DNA of 64,000 bases, taken from the NCBI RefSeq assembly GCF_006345805.1, contig NC_043006.1, positions 1,302,001-1,366,000 of the forward strand, given 5' to 3'. The notes beneath the pieces are model-generated. The model had not been told where the DNA came from and ran no database searches. It saw only the letters and a list, made by a program, of their open reading frames with translations. Numbering within the stretch: position 1 is the first letter of the stretch; each line of letters opens with the position of its first letter. The DNA is from Octopus sinensis. Lineage: Eukaryota. Shown here piece after piece: positions 1 through 12,825 of the stretch. The translations under genes and the position numbers were made by a program.

Positions 1-130
1 TTATTGGTATTTCATGAAATATATTAATAAATTGTTACATATAAAATAACTCGAGAAAATTATTTTTATCTTAAAACATCATTGAAAATTGAGCTTCAAT
101 ATTAGAGAAGTACTAATATATGCATTCATA

Positions 131-133
<3 letters not shown>

Positions 134-174
<41 letters not shown>

Positions 175-227
175 TGTCTGTGCATGCGTATGTATATATA
201 TATATATATATGTACATATATATATAT

Positions 228-277
<50 letters not shown>

Positions 278-306
278 TACACACGCATATATATATATAT
301 GTATAC
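134..306. repeat. (TA)n-dominated compound microsatellite
   Basis: Direct reading of TA runs with TG/CA interruptions. Confidence 0.95.
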
Positions 307-361
307 AAAAGCACAATTAAAGGTTACTAACTTCATTCAGGAAGAGCAAAATGCAATGATA

Positions 362-552
362 CTGACAGTCTGGAAAACAAGAGCATGGTGTTGTATAAAA
401 ACAGAGGGAAAATAATTTTAGTGATACATATTCGATATAAAATAGTTTGTCAGATCACTTGACATAAAGGAAAAGAGTATTTTGTGTTAGATTTTCTTTT
501 ACTTGGGTTTTATGTCTACAATATTTTATATATTTTATATATGTTTTGCAAT
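362..552 (+). repeat. ~190-bp direct repeat, copy 1 (copy 2 at 2920-3101)
   Basis: CTGACAGTCTG..GTTTTGCAAT recurs almost identically at 2920. Confidence 0.9.
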
Positions 553-682
553 TATAGAAAGATTATTGAACATCATATTTAAACCTCAACTGCAAGATAA
601 CTATATAAACCGTCGCCGATATATATTATATTTATTATAATAATAAGATGAGAGAATAGAAAGGTAATTAGTAAATTATTAT

Positions 683-920
683 TTATTTATTAAAAAATTC
701 ACTAACATCCCTTACAGCTATTTCAATTCAGGGTTTCAAAAATTAATTAAGTAAATTAAAAATTATTTGAAAGTAAGTCGAGTTTCTTCAGAGGTATATA
801 AAGGTATACCTCTGAAGAGACTCGACTTACTTTCAAATAATTTTTAATTTACTTAATTAATTTTTGAGACCCTGAATTGATATAGCAGTAAGGAATGTTA
901 GTGCATTTTTTAATAAATAA
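683..920. repeat. Near-perfect palindrome (116-bp arms, 6-nt loop), probably a Penelope-type fold-back
   Basis: 683-798 is the reverse complement of 805-920 with 6 mismatches counted. Confidence 0.9.
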
Positions 921-989
921 GAAATATTTATTACGTTTAAATATTTGTTGTGCAAGATTTTTTATGTGAAGTCGTGTGTTGAAACAGAT

Positions 990-1232
990 ATTGTTATATT
1001 TCGGAATGGTCATTTTGCCAGTTTAGCCAATAAAAACACAATAAATAAGAAATAAATAAGAAATAAATAAGAAAGAAGAAAACAAAGGAGTGTGACGAAA
1101 GAACTCTGGCCTAAATAAGATTAAGATTAATGTAAAAAAATAAATAACACTGAAGCAAAATAGCACCAAATATATAGTGCGTGTGTTTTTATTGGCTAAA
1201 CTGGCAAAATGACCATTCCGAAATATAACAAT
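990..1232. repeat. 51-bp inverted repeat pair around an A-rich spacer
   Basis: 990-1040 is the reverse complement of 1182-1232; spacer holds 3 x AATAAATAAGA. Confidence 0.9.
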
Positions 1233-1480
1233 TATTTATTAATTACCTTTCTATTTTCTCATCTTATTATACATATATATATACATACATATACTGTTGT
1301 GTCTGGGGAGAGTCATTTTCTTTTTGTGCCTTATAATGTAACACACTCACAGGTAAAATTTCCACTTATTTTTATTTTCCTAAAATTTTCGTTGTGTCTT
1401 GCAACCTTTTCAATAGTCCTGACTCTGTCCGTTATTTACACTGCGTTCCTTTTTGTTTGTTTGTGCACATGTGTGTGGGT

Positions 1481-1576
1481 CAGTGTGTGTGTATGTGCCT
1501 ATACATGCATGCATGTACGTATGTATGTGTGTATGTATGTATGCATGCGTATGCATGTGTATATGTGTGTGTATGC

Positions 1577-1613
<37 letters not shown>

Positions 1614-1731
1614 ATATGTATGTATGCGCAACTCCATTGTCTCCCGAGACAAAAAGGATGCCAACAATATATATGTATAAAATACTGTGTGTATTAAATG
1701 GTATATGTGTATATACGTATAAATGCATATG

Positions 1732-1803
<72 letters not shown>
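1481..1803. repeat. Compound (TG)/(TGTA)/(TA) microsatellite
   Basis: Direct reading. Confidence 0.9.
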
Positions 1804-1806
<3 letters not shown>

Positions 1807-1944
1807 GCACAGAATTTTGTCAATGAACAGGTCGCGGTTTCAAAGCGATAAAAATATTTTACCAATATAAATTTAAATGCTGAAGTGAATCTAACGGTTT
1901 TTGTGTGTTTTTAAATGGCTTATAAAGACCTTCCACGCTGAAAA

Positions 1945-1997
<53 letters not shown>

Positions 1998-2116
1998 TGA
2001 GATCTCCCTTTTAGTAGAAAGAATAGCTATAACTCTTTGACTGCTATTTCTAAATTCGGTGTGTGGTGAGGCAATTCGTTGCTAAACCCTTAATTGCTTA
2101 GTATATATATATATAT

Positions 2117-2177
<61 letters not shown>

Positions 2178-2293
2178 CAGACAGACAGACAGAGATTAGT
2201 TATAGGATTAATTAGAATCTAGACACATCATCAACGAGTAGGTGCAACATTGATTGTATCCGCACTGGTTATCATCGAGGTATTATTTTACCT

Positions 2294-2381
2294 GTTTAAA
2301 ATTTTACCTGAAGATGGTGGATTATATGCTTATGAATACATCAATAAAATTCTACCGAAACAGATGTCGTAAATTTTAAAC
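2294..2381 (+). ncRNA. Minimal type I hammerhead ribozyme
   Basis: Stem I 13 bp with one bulge; CTGAAGA 2308-2314; 6-bp stem II; GAAA 2357-2360; 2-bp stem III; TC site 2367-2368. Confidence 0.75.
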
Positions 2382-2919
2382 CACTTGTGTGTGTGTGTAT
2401 ACACACACTCTCAGAACTCATGATGCCCTCACCGCGTGTGTGCGTGTGTGTGCTTGCGCGCGTGCATATGCAGATGCTATCAGAACTCATGTGATACGGT
2501 CACCAAATAACAAATAACAAATGACATCTTATATCCTACGCCTCATTATTCATGAGTAAAACTTATCTCCTTTGTTTTTCTTTCCTTATCATTTAATCTT
2601 GATGCATTCAGACGAAAATAGGTGAGAGCGTTATTTGCAAAAAAGAATCCTAATTGACAATAGATGTAAGTCTTCGTTACTACATTAATTACTATAATTA
2701 TTTTCATGTTGTGAAGGGATGAGATCTATTTGGAAAGATACGAATCAATAACTAATCAAATTGATAAATGAAACCAAATGAGAAATTGTTTGCTTCAAGG
2801 TTAAATAAGACATTAGTGTGTTTTACGACAAGACCGAGATGTACAATAATGCTAAAATTATCTCGAGCGTCTGTTGTTGACAAGAGGTGAAATTAAAAAC
2901 AACGCTAATTAATGTTGAC

Positions 2920-3101
2920 CTGACAGTCTGAAAAACAAGAGCATGGTGTTGTATAAAAACAGAGGGAAAATAATTTTAGTGATACATATTCAATATAAAA
3001 TAGTTTGTCAGATCACTTGACTTAAAGGGAAAGAGTATTTTGTGTTAGATTTTCTTTTACTTGGGTTTTATGTCTACAATATTTTATATATGTTTTACAA
3101 T
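2920..3101 (+). repeat. ~190-bp direct repeat, copy 2
   Basis: Matches 362-552. Confidence 0.9.
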
Positions 3102-3239
3102 CGTCAGACAAGTTAGCGAAAATCTGAGACCGTGACACAGTTTTATATACATTTATCAATGTTCATTAATGTTCAACTACGGTTTAGCTTTTGCCAATAT
3201 CGATAACACGTTTCATGTATGTATGAAAGTTATACTGTC

Positions 3240-3305
3240 AACTTTATATACACGTACAAATCTAATATGCATATATTTATGTGTGTGTATATATATACAT
3301 ATTTA

Positions 3306-3391
<86 letters not shown>

Positions 3392-3511
3392 CATATATAC
3401 ATATGTATAAATACATATGTATATATATACATATATATATATTACATATTTATACATACATATATATATATATATATATACCTATATACATATATATATA
3501 TATACACATGC

Positions 3512-3586
<75 letters not shown>
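3240..3586. repeat. (TA)n plus (TG)n compound microsatellite
   Basis: Direct reading. Confidence 0.95.
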
Positions 3587-3591
<5 letters not shown>

Positions 3592-3599
3592 AGAGAAAT

Positions 3600-4146
3600 A
3601 ATGGTGAGCTTGCAGAGGGGAAACCCTTTCAGTGTAAACCTTTTAATAGGTTCAAGGACGGCATAAGGACTACCATGAAATCACTTGGAATGGATCACGC
3701 GAACATAGAAACCCTTGCTTCGGATCGAGCTGGCTGGCGAACAAAAGTGTGGAGTGGAGTGAAGGCGTTTGAAGAGGCCAGGATTACGCATGCAAGACGC
3801 AAGAGATTTAAAGAAGGTGAATCACAATGACCTTTTTGCGTGCACGGTTTGCAACAGACCATGCCTTTCTTTTGCTGGGCTCAAATCTCATTTGCAAACC
3901 CATGGAAAACGAACCTCCACCAACTATTCTGCTTATATGTCTATACACACCTTTCAATGTTGTGCATGCCATAAGGTCTGCAAATCTAATGGAAGCCTCA
4001 AAATATATTTTAAGATCCACAAAGATCAGAACTTAACTGCATCTCTTGGTGGCCCAAATCAGATATGCAATCTATGTGGGTATCTTTTCAATACCTTGTC
4101 TGGTTTAAAAAGCCACATCAGACACCATGATGCTTCTAATGTGTAG
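3600..4146 (+). pseudogene. 3' end of RTE-clade LINE ORF2 with three C2H2-type zinc fingers, frameshifted near 3800
   Basis: GELAEGK..RFKDGI..ETLASDRAGWR resembles GELGQG..RYKDSL..ETLAANRSSWR of the RTE at 45398-47014; C-x2-C-x12-H-x3-H motifs at 3841-3903, 3958-4020 (first H replaced by Y) and 4066-4128. Confidence 0.75.
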
Positions 4147-4188
4147 GTACAAGAAGTGGTCAAACTTTGCATAAGGAGTACACAACCA

Positions 4189-4234
<46 letters not shown>

Positions 4235-4235
4235 G

Positions 4236-4282
<47 letters not shown>

Positions 4283-4791
4283 TACATACATATATATATA
4301 TATAATGTGTGTGTGTCTGTGTATACATCGAACCTTCGAAGTCACTGTCAATCTTTTCCTTGTAAAATCTATGTCTATGTGTGCGTATGTATGTATGTAT
4401 GTATTCCTGTCGATACACCATACATAAGCACAGGTACAGATATGCATGTATCTAGCTTTCTACCTGTACAGGTATGTTCTTTTACTCCTTTTAATCTAAA
4501 GTCAGCTTTCACCCACCACCTGCTTGGCAACAAGGTTGTGAAGAAAAGTATATTGCTTGTTCATCACAGTTAAAATCTTAAGAACGCCTTGTACATTTTT
4601 AAGGGCCCCAGATATTGTGATCATGTGTAGACAATGAATGAAGGAGTTGCATTCCCTCCTCAAGAATCCAAGTCCGGCCATACATTACTTCATGCGAGTC
4701 GTTCTATATTCTGCTGATGCTTTCCGGTCGCTGGTCTCACCCACATGAGCAAGGGCGAGCTATTAATTATAATTTCAGATTAAATATTTAG

Positions 4792-4942
4792 ATATGAAAT
4801 TTGAATTAGGATTAACACCTCTTAGAATAGATACAGGGAGCTAAAGATCGATCACTCATATGTGAAACATTTACCGATACAATCGTGGAAAATAACTTTG
4901 ATGCAACCATGAACTTGCACAAGATATAAAAGAAATAAAATT
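4792..4942 (+). repeat. Old unclassified dispersed repeat (related copy 7550-7706)
   Basis: Colinear shared blocks AATTAGGATT, AATAGATA, TGAAACAT, ATAACTT, GATATAAAA. Confidence 0.6.
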
Positions 4943-4944
4943 CC

Positions 4945-4968
4945 CCTCTCTCTCCCTCCCTCTTTCTC

Positions 4969-5037
<69 letters not shown>

Positions 5038-5038
5038 G
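4945..5038. repeat. (CT)n microsatellite
   Basis: Direct reading. Confidence 0.95.
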
Positions 5039-6146
5039 TCCATGCTTGTCCTACAGATATTGACCTATAGTTGCTTTGGCTGGATTCCTCCCCTTCCTCT
5101 TCTAATTAACTTATTGAAATAACTTGAACGAGTTATGGAAACCACTCAGTAGTTGAGTTATATTTTCTCCGTTATTTTACAGTTGCGGTCATCATTTTCT
5201 ATCATTATCGATGATTCCAGAAGAGTGTTGCATATGAAGCGAGTATAGAATATCTATAACAAAAACAATATTGTCTTTACAAAAACACCTTATGGAAAAT
5301 ATTACTGAACTAGGTACCTGATTCGGTAATATGATCATCACATCTTTTTTATATCGTTCAGAATTTAGAAAATTCAGAATTATATAAGTTATACCAATAC
5401 TTAATATTCCTGTTAATAAAAATGTTTTTCTAAGATCTGATTAGTTTTATTGTGATAATTTTATTGATTATGCAATCGATAGTATTCTTTTTATCAGTTG
5501 AAAGTATGTCAGTAATAATGTTTGAAAGTGAATTAACTCCGTTGCGTCTCTTTACCCGTTTAACAAGATTACATTTTAGCTATCTGTGTAATATTGGCAG
5601 ATATATTACAATCGATCATTCTTATGTGTATAGCAAAATAATTGATGAAATATATGCCCCATATTGTCTATATAGGAAGTGAATATTAATTTGCACACGA
5701 AAAAAATGGTCTCTCAATATTGTGCATCAGAAACCTTTGACCTCACAACTGATTCGTTTATTTTGATGTCACAAAAGAGTTGTAATGCATTCTTATTTCA
5801 AAATTAATTAGACAACTTGAATGTGATTAATTAATCAGATTAATTAGAAATATTCGAATGTTCTAAAAGTATCTGATGGTATAGTTATAACATACCTGTT
5901 TTCACGCCACAACTTCCAGAACGGACAATTGTATTCCCAGTATAAGTTGGGTTATTCGTAAAACCTTCGATTCAGTTACGAATGAAAACTGTAATGAATC
6001 TCGAAGAAAACTTCCAAAAGACAATTTTCAACTCCACCAGAAAATGTGATGTCTAACCTATCGTATATTTTCTAGGAACAAAGCAATAAATATATCACAA
6101 TGAGGTGCATATATATATATACACACACACACACATATATATATAT

Positions 6147-6506
6147 AACTTATAAATAAGGGCAAACGAAAAAATTTCTAATGCCAAATACGCCGAAATT
6201 AGACACCTTGTCCATAACCATATAATTTTTTACTCATAAAAAGGCCGACAGAAATTTCTAAAAAATTCCATGGGTATGAGTAAGTATCTCATTTATTTCT
6301 GTCACATTTATCACTGATGAAGGGAGGGTTCTTATGAACTAACCCTGAAATCGGTTCGATATGGTAATAATGGAATTTTTTAGAAATTTCTGTCGACCTT
6401 TTTTGAGTAGCGTGCGTATTGTGAAAAATTATATGGTTATGGACAAAGTGTCTAATTTCGGCATATTTGGCATTAGAATTTTTTCATTTGCCCTTATTTA
6501 TAAGTT
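6147..6506. mobile_element. Penelope-like fold-back: ~125-135 bp inverted arms around a hammerhead-containing spacer
   Basis: 6147-6271 is the reverse complement of 6370-6506 apart from a short indel; spacer has CTGATGA..GAAA. Confidence 0.65.
6309..6361 (+). ncRNA. Minimal type I hammerhead ribozyme, imperfect stems I and III
   Basis: CTGATGA 6314-6320; stem II AGGG/CCCT plus inner GTTC/GAAC; GAAA 6347-6350; A-C mismatch at first pair of stem I. Confidence 0.5.
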
Positions 6507-8093
6507 GTTTGTAAATTTAACCTTTAAAGGTATTTTTTAATATGCTGGCCATTGATAAATTTTTTTTTTCGAAAAACATTTTATCCTACATTAAATATAT
6601 ATCGATAACCTAGTACTTCATAACTGTTATTTGGTTGAATATGATAGTGCTATGGTACCAATGGAGAGTAATTATAGCCACTGAATTCTCAGCTCTTACT
6701 GACAAGCTGGTCTTCGTGAAGAATACCAAAGGCAAGATCAATATGGCGCGTGCAATTTCTTCCTAAGTTATTTCCTTGCTTGGTTTAATATCAGCGCTGA
6801 AAGTTAATGAGACAGTAGGGATTTAAAGTTGCTTAGTGCTCCCACTGTTTGCAATGATAAATTTCGTACTCTCCTATTAAACAACAATTAAAAGTAAGTT
6901 GACAGTATTTTGGCTGTGGACAAACTACAATGCTATTGATGGCTTGTGAAATTTGAACTTATGTGCTAGCAGTCCGGTGCATAGTCACTTTAGTCAACAA
7001 CATATACCAAAATCATCAACCATAAATGAAAATTATGCTGGTGGTCTTGTGTCGCCTCCATTCAATGACTCGTCTCATTTGTCACTCCATCACTTCTGCC
7101 CTCACCTCACCACACCGCTATGCCTGATTTTCTTCTCCAGAATGCCTTGCCCCAATGGAATTACTTCGTTGCCCATGATTTTGTTTTTGTCTTTCGTTTT
7201 GTTTTTTTCTTACATTAATCGCGTCAGTTTCACCGTATCAGAGCGATTATAATGGCTATGAGCTCAGCTCTTTTCTTCGGAGCAAACTTATAAAAGGCAT
7301 CAGCATATATTAATGTCTTGTATGACAGCAACACTAACCAATTTGGAGACTAATGCTATTGGTAGGGCAGTGATACGAGGTTAGACTAATCAAAGCTAAA
7401 ATGATGGAATTAGACTTGAGAGAATGTCACGTAAAATTATTGACACATCTAAGAAGTCTACACAATTTAGATTATTGAAATTGATAAAGTTTTAACATCG
7501 CCCTTCAGAACTAGGGCGCAGTTTATTAAAGAGAAGTGAATAAATTCATATATGAAGCTTAAATTAGGATTGACATTCCTTAAAATAGATAAGAGTGATT
7601 AAAAAGCTATCGCTTTTATACGTATATGAAACATATACCTATGGAATCGAAGAAGATAACTTCAAGTCAACCGTGAAATTTCACAGGATATAAAATAAAT
7701 GAGATTATTTTAGTGATGGACGCATAAGCATGCGTGTACTCGTGTGTATAAGTCCGTCAGTATATATAAAGATTTTGATAATACTCTGTCGAGATTTCAT
7801 TAAGTAGGTATCTTAGATTAGTCTGAGTTGAATCTGAAGAGAACCAACTCATATTGTTTCTTGTCTTTTGTTTTTGCTATTCGTTTCTTTGTTTTGTTTT
7901 GTTTTTAAGAAATACTACTCATGAAAATATAAATATTTTCTAAGATATCCTTTGACGTTTGCTTGATGATTTCTAGAAATTTCTTAATCTACTTTATCTG
8001 ATTTATTCAGACGATACGTCGATTTTAGATTCTAGTATAATTCAGTTAAACCAATCAAACTGCTCCAATACGTCGCATTTCCATATAGAAATC

Positions 8094-8180
8094 TATAGTC
8101 ATACCTAGTTTATCCTCTTCTCTCTCACATCTTCTTTTTATTTTTCGTTCTCTTCCCATATATCTATCTATCTATCTATC

Positions 8181-8235
<55 letters not shown>

Positions 8236-8298
8236 ATATAGGAAGAGAACGAAAAATAAAAAAGATGTGAGATTGATGATAAACTAGGTATGACTATA
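8094..8298. repeat. ~60-bp inverted repeats enclosing a (TATC)/(TA) microsatellite
   Basis: 8094-8156 versus 8241-8298 reverse complement. Confidence 0.8.
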
Positions 8299-8319
8299 TA
8301 TATATATACTCTTTTACTC

Positions 8320-8447
8320 TTTTACTTGTTTCAGCCATCCGGCTGAGGCCATGCTGGGGCACCGCCCTTATATATATATATATTCTTTTAGTTCATTATT
8401 TTACTTGTTTCAATCATCTGACTGTAGCCATGCTGGAGCATCACCTT
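8320..8447 (-). mobile_element. Two isolated SINE-A 3' tail fragments
   Basis: GGCGGTGCCCCAGCATGGCC..CTGAAACAAGTAAAA type tails on the minus strand. Confidence 0.7.
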
Positions 8448-8462
8448 GAATATATGTGTATG

Positions 8463-8500
<38 letters not shown>

Positions 8501-9039
8501 ACACACACACATGTATATATATTTTCCTTTCTTTCTTACCCATCAAGGCGGTTATACTCCCGCATATCACACACCCATGCACATACATACATACATACAT
8601 ACATACATACATACATACATACATACATACACACGTACGTACAAACAAACATGCACACATATGATTTTATATATGTGTGTGTGTGTATATTATCGGCATC
8701 ATATTGTCTTACTCTTTCTCTCTTAGCCATCACAGCGTGTGTTAAAGAAATAAGTCGATACCTTTGTAGAAATATATTGAATGTTTTTGTCGATTTACAA
8801 GAATAACAAACCCAACGATAATCGAGCAATAAAACAGTGACCTCCGCATAAAACAGTTCTCTTAATTGCCTTGTTTTTATTGTCTGAATGGATGCTCGAG
8901 GGAGACGTCGAAGTGTGTAATGTTAATCGATGACCTCATCTTTAAGATGTATTTGAGGAGCAATACTTATCTTCATAAAAAACTCATTGCTGAGAGCTAT
9001 ATGTTTATGAAGATGTGGTGGTATACTATATACTACCAT

Positions 9040-9510
<471 letters not shown>

Positions 9511-9814
9511 AATTCTGACCCTTCTAAGATAGTGAGGAGGGTCACTGATACGATTCTCCAAAATATGTTCCTTCTCACCTTTCGAACAACTTAAACTCCA
9601 CAACTTCCAATTTCTTTCGTCATTTATTTCCAGTAATGTTACAGCTGTGTCAGAGAACTCTACCTAAGGATCCCACAACACATACAAGACGACCATCAGA
9701 CCAACGAATGAGACTTTTGTGAATCTCATAGCCTACACAGTTTCTTCTCTTCTACATTGAAATATCTTTTTTTTTTTCTAGGAATTAAGCACGAAAATCT
9801 GTTGTCTTTTACTA

Positions 9815-10075
9815 ATTTCAGTCATTAGACTGCAGCCATGCTGGGGCACCGCCTTGAAGAATTTTTATTCAACACTTAATCTTTTTGCAAAGCTTGGTAC
9901 TTATTCTATGGGTGTCTTTGGCCGAACCACTAGGTTACTGGGACGTAAACCCATCAACACTGGTTGTCAAGCGGCGGTGTGGGGCAAACACAGACACAAA
10001 GACACACGCACATACGCACACCATACGCACATACGCACACTACACACATACACACCACACTGCACACGCACATAT
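9815..10075 (-). mobile_element. SINE-A middle and tail
   Basis: Similar to 29901-30120. Confidence 0.75.
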
Positions 10076-10080
10076 ATACA

Positions 10081-10130
<50 letters not shown>

Positions 10131-10282
10131 GTCCGTTTAGTTAAAAAAATTCTATATGTGGCTGAAGATTGCTCGACATTTTAAAACTGATGTAATACTT
10201 ACAGTGTGTAATAAAATGAAGTCCCATGAAACAATTGTACTACACTACCTTGGATATCCTTGTTGCTTATTTTGATTATATA

Positions 10283-10795
10283 TCTTTATATATACAAAAC
10301 TGAGAATGTGTGTCTGTCTGTCTGTGTGTTGCTCTAAAACTTGAGAACTACACAACCAATTTCATTCAAATTTTACACATGCCTTACTTAGGGTCCATGT
10401 AGTGTTATGGGCAAAAAAAATGTTCAACTTCTTACCTAGAGCGAGCCCATAGCAATATCATATCTTCTCCACTATTTCAGTATTACGTGTTAAAAGTGAA
10501 ACAAAAACATTTCTCTATTTTATGTCAGATGCTTTCACTTTAACAATAAAAATAATAAGAACAATTGAATTATATGTAGTAAGTAATAATTAAAATCAAA
10601 CTAAAGTATAATATAATCGTAACATAACAAAAGTAAAAATAGCAATTGGTATAAAATTGCATCAATGACTTGAACTTGAATCAGTGGTTTCACATGAATG
10701 GGAATAAATTAAAAATAAAATTAGCGTGCAGAAATGGAATAGTCCAGATGAAGGTGTGCACGGCTTTTACATTAGATTATCTGCTAATTAGCTAG
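10283..10795 (+). mobile_element. Possible non-autonomous Helitron-like element
   Basis: Starts TC-TTTATATATACAAAA followed by (TGTC)n; ends near CTAG; family inferred from end motifs only. Confidence 0.35.
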
Positions 10796-11143
10796 CATTA
10801 AGTATCTATATGAAGTTTGGCTGTATGTAATATCTGTTTTCTCGAACAGCCGCTCCTGTTGGTTTATTTCTTATACATAAAGGACTAAAGCTTCAACTGC
10901 TTACTGCTTTCTGGCTCATCGTAAGGTTTGTTGTTATAATTATTACTGTTTAACTATTGTTATCACGTTTGTTGGTTCCTCGTAAAGGAAACATTGTTGT
11001 GTTGCATTTGTTAAATAATTGTAAACTGTAACCCTCCCCCTTTGGGAGAAGGAGCTTTGGTTATTGTTCAAAAATTGAATTGTGTCCCTGTTTGGGGAAA
11101 TTGACAATATTTTCATCGTTTACACGGAAGCATTTTTGTTAGA

Positions 11144-11690
11144 ATGCCTTCGATAGAAGAAAGTCCAAAAATGAATTTCGCTGCAGCCGTCAGCGGGCGC
11201 GAACTCATTGAAATTAAAATGGAAGAAATACGGATTGATCACCGACAAAGACGGTGAATCTAGGATAACACCACCAAACGAAATAAAAAATTAAATTAAA
11301 GAAAGATCTATTGTCTATAAAGTATACAATATAGAGAAAAAAAGATTTAAACACCGGGAGGAAAGCACCATCGAAAAGTATCTTGATGCGACTATGAAAG
11401 ATATCTAACCAGAGGCGGTAAATTCGCCACAATAGAAGCAAGGTTCGAGTCAATGGAGCATGTAAGAAAGTACTCGACTCGAAACTTGCAAAGTGGAAGT
11501 ATTTTATTTTTACCGTTATATCTGGGACGTAGGACGTGCCGGATAAAAATTTAAAATATCCCCCCTGAAGTAGAGGTAGGCTGGATTGTAGCCACACTTC
11601 TATACAAGAGGGAAGACAAGATCCAATTGATTGAAATTGCAAGAGACGAGCCTACAATTCCAGTCTGTTATATATTTTGAGTATTGTTAT
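11144..11690 (+). pseudogene. Decayed ORF1 of an L1/Tx1-type element (5'UTR probably from ~10812)
   Basis: Conceptual translation TRGGKFATIEARFES..ILFLPLYLGRR..EVGWI aligns with SRGVKFATVWLLFDS..IMFLPSYCGKK..EPEWI of the ORF1 at 23705-24247; stops and frameshifts present. Confidence 0.65.
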
Positions 11691-11836
11691 CACTAGCGAT
11701 ATCAAGATATAACTTTGTATTTTATATTTTATGTCTAGATGTATAGATAGAGAAGTACATGTAATATGTACACATATATATACACATATATACATTCACC
11801 AGCACTATGACCCGGCAACGACAGGTCATAATGCTA

Positions 11837-11875
<39 letters not shown>

Positions 11876-11877
<2 letters not shown>

Positions 11878-12041
11878 CGCAGTCGTGGCTTTGTGGTAAG
11901 AATCTACCTTCCCAACCACATGGTTCTGGGTTCGGTCCCACAGTGTGGTACCTTGGGCAAGTGTCTTCTACTGTAAGTTCGTGCCAATCAAAGCCTTGTG
12001 AGTGGGTTTGGTAGACGGAAACTGAAAAAAGCCCGTCGTTT
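11876..12041 (+). mobile_element. SINE-A tRNA-like head with CORE-like motif
   Basis: TGGCTTTGTGG A-box, GGTTCGGTCC B-box, ACCTTGGGCAAGT motif. Confidence 0.8.
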
Positions 12042-12780
12042 AGGCATATGGATTCGAACCTGAATCTATAGTATTTTCCTTTAACGTACTGCACTGCTTC
12101 CTCACAGAAACACAGTAGTTGACAAGCAGTCACAAGCCATTTATGTGTTTTTCTCATTCCCGTTGTTTTGAGAGCGATATGTCTCTCCGTCTCGCTATGT
12201 TGCGATTATTATAAATACAGAAAATTAGCAAGCCAAAGGCAGTTAGTAAAGAGAGTTTGACGAGATGGCCACGACCAGAGACGACTAATGCTTATCACCA
12301 GGTCACTTTAGAATATCAAGTGTTATTCTGCTTTTCTCAATTGCTGCTGAAATGACAGGCAGAATGAAATATCATTCTGTCTTCCTTCCTCTTTCCTCTC
12401 TGCCACTCTATCACTCTTTAAGGATTTATTACTACTACTACTACCGACGTAAGCACAATAACAACACAAGAAGAAAACACTAAGCGTGACTTCCCTTTTG
12501 TTTTGCTTGCTCGCTTCTGTAGCAACTGCTGGAGTTTCAACATCCATCAAGGAAATCCACTTGTCTTTAAGAACTGATATATATATATTCAACTATTTGT
12601 AACAGCTCTGCGCTTGAACTCTGATATTTTGTGACGGCTTGTGTGTCGTTGGACCCAAGTGATTGTGACAGATTTGAGCTGGTTTCGATCTGTGTGTTTT
12701 ATGCCATTAACTTATATCAATACACATCTAATATCCTACGGGCTGTTGTTGTTTTACTCGCTTTCGCTTTGTCTAACCAT

Positions 12781-12821
<41 letters not shown>

Positions 12822-12825
<4 letters not shown>

